The translations under genes were made by a program, and so were the position numbers. 64,000 nt of DNA from Planctomycetota bacterium. GTDB lineage: Bacteria > Planctomycetota > UBA1135 > UBA2386. The DNA is taken from NCBI GenBank assembly GCA_965228735.1, contig OZ245838.1:64001-128000 (forward strand), read 5' to 3'. Position 1 is the stretch's first letter. Every line of letters starts with the position of its first letter. Shown here in pieces: positions 1-8,816 of this stretch. The notes below the pieces were generated by a model. That model worked only from the letters and a program-made list of their open reading frames with translations, had not been told where the DNA came from and did not search any database.

Positions 1-858
1 GTGACCGGGTTCACGATCGACAACGGCGGCGACCTCTACTTCACGTTCAGCGCGACGGTCGACATCAACGGCACGCCGCTGCTCGACGGCGGCATCATCC
101 GGATCCCGGCGACCGGCTACACGCTGACCGGCGGCGTCGTCTCGAGCGTCGTCACGGGCTCGGCCGAGATCGTCATGGACGACGCGGAAGTCAACGCGGT
201 CTTCCTCGCCGCGGGCTACGACGGCGTCTCGGATCTCTCGGGCATCCAGATCGATCCGACCGGTGGCACGTTCGTCAGCAGCTCGACCAGCCTCACGGTG
301 CCGCACCTGTGGCTGAGCGACGACGACACGAGCGACGAAGGGTTGGCGAGCACGGTCGGCGGCGGCGTCGTGCCGACCGTCAACGGTGTCGCGATGCAGG
401 GTGCTGCGGCATTCGGCCTGCGCGGCGGCTTCAGCGGCGGCGCCCTCGGCAGCCCGTTCGGCATCGGCTTCCAGTTCCAGGACCCGACCGGGTCGGGGCC
501 GCTGCACCTCGACGAGTTCCCGCTCTCGCAGGCGACGCCGACGATCTACGACTTCGACGTGTCCGGCGCGACTTCGGGTGGCTTCGTCATCTACGCGTTC
601 AACTTCGGCGACGTGGCGACCAGCGGTGGTTTCACGCCGCGCGCCCCCGCTCCGATCCCGCTCAGCGCCGCCAGCTGGGGCACGCTCTACGGCGGCTTCC
701 CGGTCGCGTTCACGACCGGCACGTTCGCCGACGCGGAGGGCTTCGCGAGCCTGCAGCTCGACCTGCCGATCAACATCGGCACGTTCGGTCTCGTGGCCCA
801 GGCCGGCGACCTCGCATCGCTGACGCTGAGCTCGCCGCTCATCGCGGTCATCGACTGA
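1..858 (+). CDS. 5'-truncated putative secreted/surface protein with a Planctomycete-type C-terminal domain
   Basis: Open from the window edge with host-like codon usage; Gly/Thr/Asp-rich beta-type sequence; ends ...GFASLQLDLP...GLVAQAG...LSSPLIAVID. Confidence 0.65.
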   Translation: MTGFTIDNGGDLYFTFSATVDINGTPLLDGGIIRIPATGYTLTGGVVSSVVTGSAEIVMDDAEVNAVFLAAGYDGVSDLSGIQIDPTGGTFVSSSTSLTVPHLWLSDDDTSDEGLASTVGGGVVPTVNGVAMQGAAAFGLRGGFSGGALGSPFGIGFQFQDPTGSGPLHLDEFPLSQATPTIYDFDVSGATSGGFVIYAFNFGDVATSGGFTPRAPAPIPLSAASWGTLYGGFPVAFTTGTFADAEGFASLQLDLPINIGTFGLVAQAGDLASLTLSSPLIAVID

Positions 859-1042
859 GCCTGCGGAGTCCGAGGCAACCCGGCGGGATCGGCGCCAAGG
901 CGCCAGGCCCTCGCGATCACCTCTCGACGATTGACGCGACCGACCCTCTCATGGAAGGTCGGACCGGCGGCCGGCCACGAACGGCCATCACGGGGGATCC
1001 AGGTCTCCCGTGTCGGCGCCCGACCGCGGTATGCTGCACGAC

Positions 1043-1576
1043 ATGGACCGCGACGGTCGCGATGCCGAGCAGTTGCTGCCCCTCGTCTACGACGAACTCC
1101 ACCGGCTCGCCGGCGGCTTCCTGCGCCGGCAGGGCGCGGGGCCCACGTTGCAGGCCACGGCGGTCGTGCACGAGGCCTACGTCCGGCTGTCCGGCCGGGA
1201 CGCGGCGTTCGCGGATCGGCAGCACTTCCTGCGGGTGGCCGTACGCGCGATGCGCGGGGTGCTCGTGAACCACGCGCGCGATCGCGGACGGCTCAAGCGG
1301 GGTGGCGGGGCGGCGCGCGTGACGCTCGGCACCGGCGACGGCGCGATCAGCGCGCCGATGACCGACGTGCTCGACCTCGACGCGGCGCTCACGGAGCTCG
1401 CCGAGAAGGACGACGAACTCGCGCGGATCGTCGAGCTGCGGTTCTTCGCGGGACTGACCGTCGACGAGACCGCGACCATGCTCGGCTGCTCGACACCGAC
1501 GGTCGAGCGGCGTTGGCGAGTTGCGCGCGCGTTCCTGCGCCAGCACATGCGTGGTGAAGCGGAGCCGTCGCCGTGA
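1043..1576 (+). CDS. ECF RNA polymerase sigma factor (kinase-associated, TIGR02999/ECF43-like)
   Basis: LLPLVYDELHRLA, TLQATAVVHEAYVRL, VELRFFAGLT..ETA motifs; overlaps the kinase start (GTGA). Start 1043 chosen because TATGCT lies 7 nt upstream; the ORF track starts at 1010. Confidence 0.9.
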   Translation: MDRDGRDAEQLLPLVYDELHRLAGGFLRRQGAGPTLQATAVVHEAYVRLSGRDAAFADRQHFLRVAVRAMRGVLVNHARDRGRLKRGGGAARVTLGTGDGAISAPMTDVLDLDAALTELAEKDDELARIVELRFFAGLTVDETATMLGCSTPTVERRWRVARAFLRQHMRGEAEPSP

Positions 1577-4221
1577 CGACCTGGACCCGGGTTCGTGAGA
1601 TCGTCGAGGCCGCGCTCGCGGCCGAGGGCGCGGCGCGGGCGCGCCTCGTGGCCGACCGGTGCGGCGACGACGCGGAGTTGCGAGCCGCGGTCGAGTCGTT
1701 GCTCGCGCACGACGAACTGCCCGATCCGTGCCTCGACACGCCGCCGGGCACGCCGGGTCTGCTCGCGGCCGCCCAGGCCCCGCCCGCGCTCGAGCCCGGC
1801 ACTCGCCTCGGCGCGTGGGTGGTGCGGGACGTGCTCGCGTCGGGCGGGATGGGGACGGTCTACCGGGGTGCCCGCGCCGACGACAGCTTCGACAAGACCG
1901 TGGCGATCAAGTTGATCAAGCCGGGGATGGACTCGACCGAGGTGCTCGCGCGCTTCGCGAACGAACGCCGCGTGCTCGCCGAGCTCGAGTCCCCCGGCAT
2001 CGCGCGGCTGTTGGACGCCGGCACGTCGAGTGATGGGCGCCCGTTCTTCGTGATGGAGTACGTCGACGGGCAGCCGATCGACGCCTGGGTCCGCGACCGG
2101 AAACTCGACGTTCGGGCCAGGGTCGAGCTCGTCGTCGCGGTGTGCGACGCGGTCCATGCGGCGCACCAACGGCTCGTCGTGCATCGCGATCTCAAGCCCG
2201 ACAACATCCTCGTGACGAGCGCCGGCGCGCCGAAGCTGCTCGACTTCGGCATCGCGAAGGTGCTCGAGCCGGATCCGCACGGCGACACGCCGACGATCGG
2301 GCCGTCCCGCGTGATGACCCCCGAGTATGCGAGCCCCGAACAGGTGCGAGGCGAACGCATCACGACGGCCAGCGACGTCTACTCGCTCGGCGTGGTGCTC
2401 TACGAGCTGCTCGCCGACCAGCGCCCGTTCGACCTGACGGGCTGCACCCGCGCGGAGGTCGAGCGCATCGTCTGTGAGCGCGAGCCGGCGGCGCCGGGTT
2501 CGGGCGCGGACCTCGACACGATCGTGCAGAAGGCGATGCACAAGGAGCGCGAACGGCGCTACGGCTCGGCGGCGCAGCTCGCGGAGGATCTGCGCCGGCA
2601 CCTCGACGGTGTGCCGGTGCTCGCCCGGCCCGATACCTGGTCCTACCGCTTCAGTCGGCTCGTGCGTCGCAATCGCGCTCTCGCGACCGCGGTCGGGCTG
2701 GCGTTCGTCGCGTTGACGGTCGGCCTCGTCGTGAGCCTCACCGAACGCAACCGCGCCGTCGTCGCTTCCGAGCTCGCGGAGCGGCGATTCGGCGATGTGC
2801 ACGCGTTGGCGCGCACGTTCTTGTTCGAGCTCGATGAGCTGCTCGCTGATCTCGATGGCAGCACGCCGGCGCGGGAATTCGTCGTGCGCACGGGCCTGCG
2901 GTACCTCGATGGCCTGGCTCGTGAGGTCGAGAACGACCTCGAGTTGCGCCGCGACGTCGTGCTCGGCTACGTCAAGATCGGTGACGTGCAGGGCGGCGCG
3001 CTCGCGTCGAACCTCGGCCGGCACGAGGACGCCAGGGCGAGCTATCGCCGCGGCCTCGCGCTCGCGGAGACCCTGCCCAGGGCTGACGCGAAGGACCGCG
3101 GCCTGCTCGCGCTCTGCCTGCATCGCCTCGGCGCCATCGAGGAGCAGACGGGATCGATGACGGCGGCGTCGTCGTTCTATGAGCGTGCTCTGGGCCTCGG
3201 CGACTTCGAGTCGGCCAGGCTGAGCTCGCCCGAACTGACCCAGGCGCTGCTCGCCGTGCAGGACAGCCTGGTGTCGCACAGCCTGCGGGCAGGCGACCAC
3301 GCTGCGGCGTTGCGGCACGCCGAGGCCATGGCCGCGATGGTCGACCGCCTGCCGCCGACCGTCTCGGACCGTCTGCAACAGCGGCTGCGGGCGCGGGCGT
3401 CGACCCTGCTCGGCGGTGCGCTGGCCTGGTCCGGGCGAGCGGCCGAGGCGATACCCCGGCTGCAGAGCGCCGTTGCCGTTGCGCGCGCACTCGTGGCGGC
3501 GAATCCGAAGGACGTAGCGGCGCGCGGGGAGCTGGCGCAGTGCCTGTTTCGGCTCGCGAAGTTCATGCCGCGTGGCGCGGATCAGGCCGCGCGGCTGGCG
3601 ATCGCCGATGAGGCCGTCGCCATCAGCCGCAGGCTCTACGAGGCGGATTCGGACAACGCCCACATGATCCGTGATCTCGCGGTCGCGCTCGACTTGGCCT
3701 CGCGGCTGCGCGCCACGGGCGGGGCCAACGCGCCGAGTCTCGCCGAGAGTCTCGAATACCGCGACCTGACCGCGCGGCTCGTCGACTTGAACCCCGCGCA
3801 CCCTGACTACCGCAACGATCTCGTCGGCGCCCGGCTGGCGGTGTCGCGCGCGCGTTCGATGCTCGGCGAGCACGAACTCGCCGAGGCGGAGTGCCTGCGC
3901 GCGAAGGTCGAGCTCGAGCGCCTCGCGGCCGATCGGCCGGCGGACGTCGGCCCCCGACGCAACCTCGCCGCCATCGGCTCGCACCTCGGCATTCTGCGCG
4001 GCAAGTGGGCGCGGGCCACCGCAGTGCCGGCGCGGCAGCTCGAGCTCCGCCGCGCGGCGCGGGCGGCGTTCGAGCAGGCCATCGCGGTGCTGGAAGACTT
4101 GCAGCGGGAGGGCGCGTTGGCCGCGAGCGATTCGCGGTTCATCGACCACACCCGGGGTCAGATCGAGCGCTGCGACGAGCAGATCGCGGCGTTGCTCGCC
4201 GCGAATCCCGATCTCAAGTGA
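1573..4221 (+). CDS. Ser/Thr protein kinase with TM helix and TPR-like helical C-terminus
   Basis: GGMGTVY, VAIK, HRDLKPDNIL, DFG, TPEYASPEQ, SDVYSLG; hydrophobic LATAVGLAFVALTVGLVVSL. Confidence 0.95.
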   Translation: MTTWTRVREIVEAALAAEGAARARLVADRCGDDAELRAAVESLLAHDELPDPCLDTPPGTPGLLAAAQAPPALEPGTRLGAWVVRDVLASGGMGTVYRGARADDSFDKTVAIKLIKPGMDSTEVLARFANERRVLAELESPGIARLLDAGTSSDGRPFFVMEYVDGQPIDAWVRDRKLDVRARVELVVAVCDAVHAAHQRLVVHRDLKPDNILVTSAGAPKLLDFGIAKVLEPDPHGDTPTIGPSRVMTPEYASPEQVRGERITTASDVYSLGVVLYELLADQRPFDLTGCTRAEVERIVCEREPAAPGSGADLDTIVQKAMHKERERRYGSAAQLAEDLRRHLDGVPVLARPDTWSYRFSRLVRRNRALATAVGLAFVALTVGLVVSLTERNRAVVASELAERRFGDVHALARTFLFELDELLADLDGSTPAREFVVRTGLRYLDGLAREVENDLELRRDVVLGYVKIGDVQGGALASNLGRHEDARASYRRGLALAETLPRADAKDRGLLALCLHRLGAIEEQTGSMTAASSFYERALGLGDFESARLSSPELTQALLAVQDSLVSHSLRAGDHAAALRHAEAMAAMVDRLPPTVSDRLQQRLRARASTLLGGALAWSGRAAEAIPRLQSAVAVARALVAANPKDVAARGELAQCLFRLAKFMPRGADQAARLAIADEAVAISRRLYEADSDNAHMIRDLAVALDLASRLRATGGANAPSLAESLEYRDLTARLVDLNPAHPDYRNDLVGARLAVSRARSMLGEHELAEAECLRAKVELERLAADRPADVGPRRNLAAIGSHLGILRGKWARATAVPARQLELRRAARAAFEQAIAVLEDLQREGALAASDSRFIDHTRGQIERCDEQIAALLAANPDLK

Positions 4222-4373
4222 CCGGCCGCCACTGCCCGACGGTCAGTAGGTGCGAGCCCTCGCGCGTGCGGGTCCGCCACGAGGGCGGTCCGCCGGGTGA
4301 ACGGTTCGTCCTCGCTCCGGCAGCCGGTTGTCGAGCCGGTCCGTGCCGTTCATACTCCCCAGGGGAGAAGCTC

Positions 4374-6875
4374 ATGCGAATCGCCGTCGCCCTCACCGCC
4401 GCCGTCGCGGCCCTGTTCTGCCCTGCGAGCACCGCTCTGGCCCAGAAGGACGTCACCGCGCTCCGCGAGTTCGTTGACGGCAAGCTCGCGTCGCATCCGT
4501 TCTTCGACAAGATCTCGTATCAGGTCGTCGACAGCTACCCGCCGTTCCTGTTCTACGTGCAGCGGCCGCCGCGCGATCTGCCGGACTATCAACGCCGCAT
4601 CATCAACTCGTACCTGCCGTTTCTGCGCGAGCTTCGCAAGCAGTGCCGGCAGGAGTACTGGGAGCCGGCCGGCCTCGCGAAGGACGCCGTGACGCCCGCG
4701 TTCGCGGTGGCGATCCTGGACAGCGAGGGCAGCTACCTCAACTTCCGCACGGCGATCGGCAACCCGGCGCTGGCGCAGGCCCGCGCGCATTACACGCCGG
4801 AGCTGCGGCTCGCGGTGACCTATGTCGACGCGTTCAAGCCGTACGACACCGGGCCCGAGGAACGCCACGCGCTGCTGCACGAGTTCGTGCACGCCCTGCA
4901 GCACGCGTTCAGCCCGGTCGACAAGATGCCACGGCCGGTCTGGTACAACGAAGGGCTCGCCGACTATCGCGCGTCGAGCACGAACGTCGCGAAGTCGCTC
5001 GTGCGGCCGCCGCTGCAGGATCGGCACATGCGCGCGCTCGCGTTCGGCTACGGCAACCCGGCCGGCCGGTACTACGTCGCGCCGCTGCACGAGCTCGTCG
5101 CGGCAACGAGCTACGGTGAGGTCGTCCAGTTCGCGACCAAGCGCAACTCGGCCCAGCTGCGCACGGACGTGATCCTGCCGATGTTCTACTCGCAGTCGGA
5201 GATGTTCGTGCGCTTCCTGCACGAGGCGAACGACGGCAAGCGGATGCCGCAGTTCCTCGCCTACATGAAGGCGGCGCAGCACAACGAAGCGGGTCTCGAG
5301 CTGTTCCGGCGCGCGTTCGACTGCGCGACCGACGAGCAGCTCGCCGCGTTGCAGCTCGAGTGGTTCACGTGGCTCGACAGCAAGCTGCAGGTGGCGTTCC
5401 CCGGGATGCGCAGTCTGGCCAAGGCCGGCGCCGCCCAGCAGAGCAAGAGCGTGCCGTTGTCGCTGCCCGCGCCGATCGACAAGAGTGGGCTGGCGTTTCA
5501 GCCGGCCGACACGAAGGAGCGCATCGCGGCGGCGCGCGTGCTCGCGTCCAAGGGTCGTCTGCAGGCCGCGCTGGCGCTGCTGCCGCCGGCCGACGATGAG
5601 CTCGAGGCGTCGCAGCGCGCGTTCGCCAGGCGCGTGCGCGGCCGGATCGAATCCGCGATCGCGCTGCGGGACCGCGTGCTGAACCGGTACGCGACGGAGC
5701 AGAGCGTCATCCGGCTACCGGACGGCAACGGTCGCGTGAAGCCCGGGCAGGACGGTCCGGAGATCCACGCCGTCGACGCGGCGGGCACGATCCTGCCGCT
5801 GTCGGTCGTCGGGCCGCAGGAACTCGTGCGCGAGGGCAACCGGGCCAAGGTGTTCGATGGCAGTGAGCGCTACCTGCGCGTCTGGCTGCGCTGGCTCAAC
5901 GGCGACAAGCTGTCGCGCTTCAAGCGCACGCTGCAGAAGGGCACGGGCAAGCTCGCCGAGCTGCGCGGCGACCTGAAGGCCGACTTCGACCCGGCCCAGG
6001 GCCGGGGCGCGTTCGCGTTGGCCGAGCTGCTCGCGCTGCCGGAGACCGACGACCCGGAGAAGGCCCGCGCGGCGCTCGACTCGCTGCGCAGCCTGCTCGA
6101 GACGTCGGGCAAAGAGCCCATGCTCGTCGCGCGCAGGCCGGCGGTCGACAAGCTCGCGCGCGCCTACGCCGAGCGCGCATTCGACCCCGCGCGCATGGCC
6201 GACCTCGGCGTCACCGGCAACATCACCGAGCACGACGACGGTCGCGTCACCGTTGCATACCCGAACGCCGAGTCCAGCGTCGACTTCGACTTCACGCTCG
6301 ACACCGATCTGACGGACTCGCTGTTCGACCTGCCCGACAGCCAGCTGGCCTACGGCGGGCCGTCGGGCGTGCTCGGCGATCCTGCCGACAAGCGCAAGCC
6401 GCGTCGCCTGATCGGATCCGGTCAGGCGGTGTGGGGCGTGCCGCTGCAGGGCCCGCAGGTCATCGAGTTCGACTACACGATGAACGGAGTCGGCGACTGG
6501 GGCGTGCTGCTGTGCCACGACGAAACGGGGTATCTGTTCGTTGCGCCCAGCGGCCAGGTCGCGGTCTTCGACACGCAGACGAGGATCAGCGACGTCGTCG
6601 GCAAGGTCGGCGAGTTCTACCTCGAGAAGAAGTATCGACTGCGCATCGAGCACGACGGCAAGCAGAGGCTGACGGTCAGTCGCGACGGCAAGCCGCTGAC
6701 GACCGTGAGCAAACTCGGCTCCCGAACTGCCGGCGAGTTCCGACTGTTCGTGCACGCGAGCACCGAGGTGCTCATCAGCGATCTGAGCGTCTCGGGCACG
6801 CCGGCCGTCGCGATGGCGGAGGCGCTGCGGGATCGGTTCGTGCAGCGGGTGCTGGCGGGGCTTTGGCCGGAGTAG
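4374..6875 (+). CDS. Secreted zincin-like metallopeptidase (DUF1570-like) with C-terminal beta-sandwich domain
   Basis: Signal peptide MRIAVALTAAVAALFCPASTALA after GGGGAG; HEFVH (HExxH) followed by WYNEGLADY. Confidence 0.7.
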   Translation: MRIAVALTAAVAALFCPASTALAQKDVTALREFVDGKLASHPFFDKISYQVVDSYPPFLFYVQRPPRDLPDYQRRIINSYLPFLRELRKQCRQEYWEPAGLAKDAVTPAFAVAILDSEGSYLNFRTAIGNPALAQARAHYTPELRLAVTYVDAFKPYDTGPEERHALLHEFVHALQHAFSPVDKMPRPVWYNEGLADYRASSTNVAKSLVRPPLQDRHMRALAFGYGNPAGRYYVAPLHELVAATSYGEVVQFATKRNSAQLRTDVILPMFYSQSEMFVRFLHEANDGKRMPQFLAYMKAAQHNEAGLELFRRAFDCATDEQLAALQLEWFTWLDSKLQVAFPGMRSLAKAGAAQQSKSVPLSLPAPIDKSGLAFQPADTKERIAAARVLASKGRLQAALALLPPADDELEASQRAFARRVRGRIESAIALRDRVLNRYATEQSVIRLPDGNGRVKPGQDGPEIHAVDAAGTILPLSVVGPQELVREGNRAKVFDGSERYLRVWLRWLNGDKLSRFKRTLQKGTGKLAELRGDLKADFDPAQGRGAFALAELLALPETDDPEKARAALDSLRSLLETSGKEPMLVARRPAVDKLARAYAERAFDPARMADLGVTGNITEHDDGRVTVAYPNAESSVDFDFTLDTDLTDSLFDLPDSQLAYGGPSGVLGDPADKRKPRRLIGSGQAVWGVPLQGPQVIEFDYTMNGVGDWGVLLCHDETGYLFVAPSGQVAVFDTQTRISDVVGKVGEFYLEKKYRLRIEHDGKQRLTVSRDGKPLTTVSKLGSRTAGEFRLFVHASTEVLISDLSVSGTPAVAMAEALRDRFVQRVLAGLWPE

Positions 6876-7006
6876 TTCGGCGATGGCTCCCGTCGGTGCG
6901 ATCACTCGAGGAGTGCTCCCCACGAGCTTGTCAGGGGGCTTGCCGCGCGGCACGTGCCGTGATGCTGCGACGTCAGCCGCGTGTGCCTGGTCTCGACCTG
7001 GCGGAA

Positions 7007-7053
7007 GTGGTGGAGAGTAGGGGAGTCGAACCCCTGACCTCTACAATGCCATT
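7007..7053 (-). repeat. att site: duplicated 3' part of tRNA-Ala (anticodon loop to CCA)
   Basis: GTGGTGGAGAGTAGGGGAGTCGAACCCCTGACCTCTACAATGCCATT is identical to 14523-14569. Confidence 0.97.
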
Positions 7054-7172
7054 CTTTGCTGGGCTGTCTTACGGTGTCACGGCATGCCCCTTAGTGTCGT
7101 GGAAAGGTCTGGGGAAAAGTGGCTTATGGAGTCTTCGGCGTGTGGCGGGTTGTGACACCGAAGGGCAATCGC

Positions 7173-7193
7173 TGGGTGACACTTTGGGTGACA
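7173..7193 (+). promoter_or_regulatory. Putative integrase arm-type binding sites (TGGGTGACA x2, 12-bp period)
   Basis: The same tandem pair recurs at 14435-14455, inside the other end of the element. Confidence 0.65.
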
Positions 7194-7213
7194 CCTCGTA
7201 GCGTGCCCAAGCC

Positions 7214-8545
7214 ATGGCAAAGAAGGCTCGTCGTCGTCGCCGTCTGAAGACCTCCCATCCGGGCGTGAAGTTGCTCCGGCGGCCGTCCAACGGCGTGTGG
7301 ATCGCGCGGTGGGCGGACCCGATCTCCGGCAAGTCCTGCCAGTAGTCGATGCCCGCGATCGGCGTCACGTCGGAGGAGGCCCGCGTGGCCTGGGCCAAGA
7401 ACAAGTCGCAGTCGATCAAGCAGGTCGCAGCGGCGATCGCGAGCGGCACGGCCATCGCCGAGCGGATCACGATCAAGGCTGCGGTCGCCGCGTTCCTTGA
7501 GGCGTCCACCGCGCAGCCGAGCACGATCGCGAGCTACAAGCCTGCCCTCGCGCGGTTCGAGCAGTGGGCGGCGAAGGCCGGTGTCCGTGAGACCCAGGAC
7601 TTGAAGCCGCCGCACCTGACCGCGTTCCGCGAGTTCGCGGCCAAGCTTACGGTCGCGGCGCCGAAGCCCGGCGCGAAACGTGGCAAGCGGCAGGCCAGCA
7701 CGCGGCGACACTCGACCGTGACCGTGAACACGACCTTGGGGCTGACGAAGATGGCGCTGCGCTGGATGCGGCTCCGGGGCTTCCTGCCGCACGTTGACTC
7801 CGACGCCGTGCGCGAGCGCCTGAAGCCGCTGAAGGTGGACAGGGACGCGCCGGAGATTCTGCGGCCGGCGCAGGCGAAGAAGCTGTTGGAGGCCGCGCAG
7901 CGCCACGACGCCACGACGTTCGACAAGACCCGCGCCGAGCACAGCGGGGAGGGGGAGGTCGGCACCACGGTTCGCTACGAGCCGTGTGCGCCGTTCGTGC
8001 TGCTCCTGCTGCTCACGGGCATGCGCGCGGGGGAAGCGATCGGCCTGCGGTGGGACGAGGTCGATCTCGCGGCCGAGGAGATCCGGCTGCCGGCGTCGCG
8101 GGTCAAGACGCGCATGGCGAGAACGATCACGCTGACCGAGTCGCCGACGGCCATCGACCTGCTGCGCGCTCTGCGGCTCCGTGTGCGCGGCTCCCGCGTC
8201 TTCCCGGTCTGGACCGCCGACCTGGCGAAGTCGACCAGGGCGCGGCTCCTGAAGGACTACAAGGCGCCTGCGAAGTTCTCGTGGCAGGCGTGCCGCCGCA
8301 CCTGTGCGGCGATTGGCACGAACGCGCCCGGCGTCTTTGGCGCCGCCAGCGCGTATCGGTCGGCGAAGCGGCTCGGCCACGGTGTGCAGGTCGCCGAGCG
8401 GTCATACGTCGACCTAATCCGAAACCTGCCGGCAGACGCGACAACGTTCGAGGCCGCGATGGGGATCGAGGCCGAGGCGAAGGCGATCGTCGAGTCCGTG
8501 GGCGGCATCGTCGCCGAGAACGGCGAGCCGGCTGCGACCGGCTGA
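7214..8545 (+). CDS. int: Tyrosine recombinase/integrase; in-frame TAG at 7343-7345 separates a 43-aa N-terminal segment from the 398-aa ORF 7349-8545
   Basis: LLLTGMRAGEAIGLRWDEVD (catalytic R), VKT (K), WQACRRT (HxxR box with Q for H), RLGH and downstream SY (catalytic Y); adjacent to att. Confidence 0.9.
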
Positions 8546-8621
8546 GTCCCAGCGGGTCGCGACACAGAAAGCGCCTCCGTGTCCCCCATGAGCCCGGCGA
8601 CCCGGGCTAGGACTGGCGGAC

Positions 8622-8813
8622 ATGAGCACGACTACCGCCGCCGAGTTCGACGACCTGCCGCAGCTGTTGACCGTCGAGCAGGTCGCCAACTTCTGCACCT
8701 GCCACGACCGCTCCGTCCGCCGCTGGATCGCCCAGGGCCGGCTCGCGATCGTTCGGGTCGGGTCAAGGATCCGGATCACGAAGAACTCGCTGCAGGGCTT
8801 CCTGGGGCTCTGA
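8622..8813 (+). CDS. Excisionase/AlpA-like helix-turn-helix protein
   Basis: LLTVEQVANF...SVRRWIAQGRL...RVGSRIRI, a MerR-like HTH_17 pattern; 63 aa; follows the integrase. Confidence 0.88.
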   Translation: MSTTTAAEFDDLPQLLTVEQVANFCTCHDRSVRRWIAQGRLAIVRVGSRIRITKNSLQGFLGL

Positions 8814-8816
8814 GGG

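Noticed and set aside
1177..4149. Long antisense ORFs (also 31700-34714, 36886-40182, 47968-50250, 57349-59742)
   Set aside because: Shadows of well-supported genes on the other strand; expected in high-GC DNA, Arg-rich and without motifs.
7007..7053. Second tRNA gene
   Set aside because: Only the anticodon-loop-to-CCA portion is present; the D arm and 5' acceptor strand are missing. It is the att duplication.
7343..7345. Pyrrolysine or genome-wide TAG reassignment
   Set aside because: TAG ends many ordinary genes here (e.g. 6875, 16529, 21483, 35092) and no pyl genes are seen.
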